From positions 77,562,001-77,626,000 of the forward strand of contig OZ024743.1 of the NCBI GenBank assembly GCA_964016885.1: a stretch of 64,000 nt of DNA, given 5' to 3'. Shown here in pieces: positions 62,805 through 64,000 of the stretch. The stretch comes from Eledone cirrhosa. Lineage: Eukaryota. Made by a program: the position numbers and the translations under genes. The notes beneath the pieces are model-generated. The model did no database searches. It was given only the letters and a program-made list of their open reading frames with translations, and was not told where the DNA came from. Position 1 is the stretch's first letter. Every line of letters begins with the position of its first letter.

Positions 62805-64000
62805 GTTAACTCTTTCATTACCATATTTCTAATGAAAGACAATACCTATGTCATTAACCCTTTCCTTACCATATTTCTAATGAAAGACACTGTCTATGTC
62901 TTTAACCCTTTCATTACCATATTTATAATGTCAGACACTCTATGTCATTAACCCTTTCGTTACCATATTTCTAATGAAAGATGCTGTATATGTCATTAAC
63001 CCTTTTATTACCATATTTCTAATGAAAGAGACTGTCTATGTCATTAACCTTTTCATTACCATATTTCTAATGAAAGACACTGTCTATGTTTTTAACCCTT
63101 TCATTACAATATTTCTAATGTCAGAGACTCTATGTCATTAACCCTTTCGTTTCCATATTTCTAATGAAAGACACTGTCTATGTCATTAAGCTTTTCATTA
63201 CCATATTTCTAATGAAAGACACTGTCTATGTCACCAACCCTTTCATTACCATATTTCTAATGAAAGACACTGTCTATGCCATTAACCCTGTCGTTGCCAT
63301 ATTTCTAATGAAAGACACTGTCTATGTCTATAACCCTTTCATTACCATATTTCTAATGAAAGACACTACCTATGTCATTAACACTTTCATTACCATATAT
63401 CTAACGAAAGACACTGTCTATTTCTTTAACCCTTTCATTAGCATATTTCTAATGAAAGACACTGTCTATTTCTTTAACCCTTTCATAACCATATTTCTAA
63501 TGAAAGACACTGTCTAGGTCATTAACCCTTCCATTACATATTTCTAATGAACGACACTCTAGGTCTTTAATCCTTTCATTACCATATATCTAATGAAAGA
63601 CACTGTCTATGCCTTTAACACTTTCATTACCGTATTCCTAATGAAGACACTGCCTATGTAATTAACCCTTTCATGACCATATTTCTAATGAAAGACACTG
63701 TCTATGTCTTTAACGTTTTCATTACCTTATATCTAATGAAAGACACTGTCTATGTCTGTAAACATTTCCTTACCATATTTCTAATGAAAGACACTGTCTT
63801 TGTCATTAACCCTTTCGTTGCCATATTTTAAATGAAAGACAATACCTATGTCATTTACACTTTCATTACCAAATTTCTAATGAAAGATACTGTCTATGTC
63901 ATTAACCCGTTGATGACCATATTTCTAATGAATGACACTGTCTATGTAATTAATCCTTTCATTACCATATTTCTAATGAAAAACACTGTTTAGGTCATTA
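62805..64000. repeat. 48-bp satellite (~25 copies, runs off the window)
   Basis: Unit ttaaccctttcattaccatatttctaatgaaagacactgtctatgtca; internal 9-bp inverted repeat ctttcatta/taatgaaag. Confidence 0.95.

Noticed and set aside
63164-63517. 117-aa ORF of MKDTVYVINPFITIFL repeats
   Set aside because: In-frame read-through of the 48-bp satellite

Overview
Eukaryotic, gene-free, repeat-saturated DNA. The tRNA-derived SINEs, RTE (GAT)n tails and dense (TA)n/(CA)n/(TTA)n/(GATA)n microsatellites resemble octopus/cephalopod repeats (inference). No host gene is supported. Contents: (i) 1-5.4 kb, Penelope-like element (PLE) debris with long palindromes, a GIY-YIG remnant and several type-I hammerhead ribozyme folds; (ii) 5.6-12.6 kb, a (TTA)n-centred nest of Tx1/L1-like LINE copies plus an R4/Dong RT-RLE element; (iii) a 3.2-kb 33-bp minisatellite and a CRE-like fragment; (iv) ~19-48.5 kb, a composite higher-order tandem array (~10.2-kb period) of non-autonomous Helitrons with ~152-bp internal repeats, a hammerhead-like fold with a variant CAGAAGA core, a twin-primed RTE LINE, and a 360-bp-spaced pair of ~205-nt rod-like, G-U-rich putative structured RNAs; (v) a gag-deleted Gypsy element; (vi) an intact two-ORF Tx1-like LINE flanked by (GATA)n, a truncated sister copy, and a 48-bp satellite. 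All folds were derived by hand, and repeat boundaries are approximate unless stated as exact.
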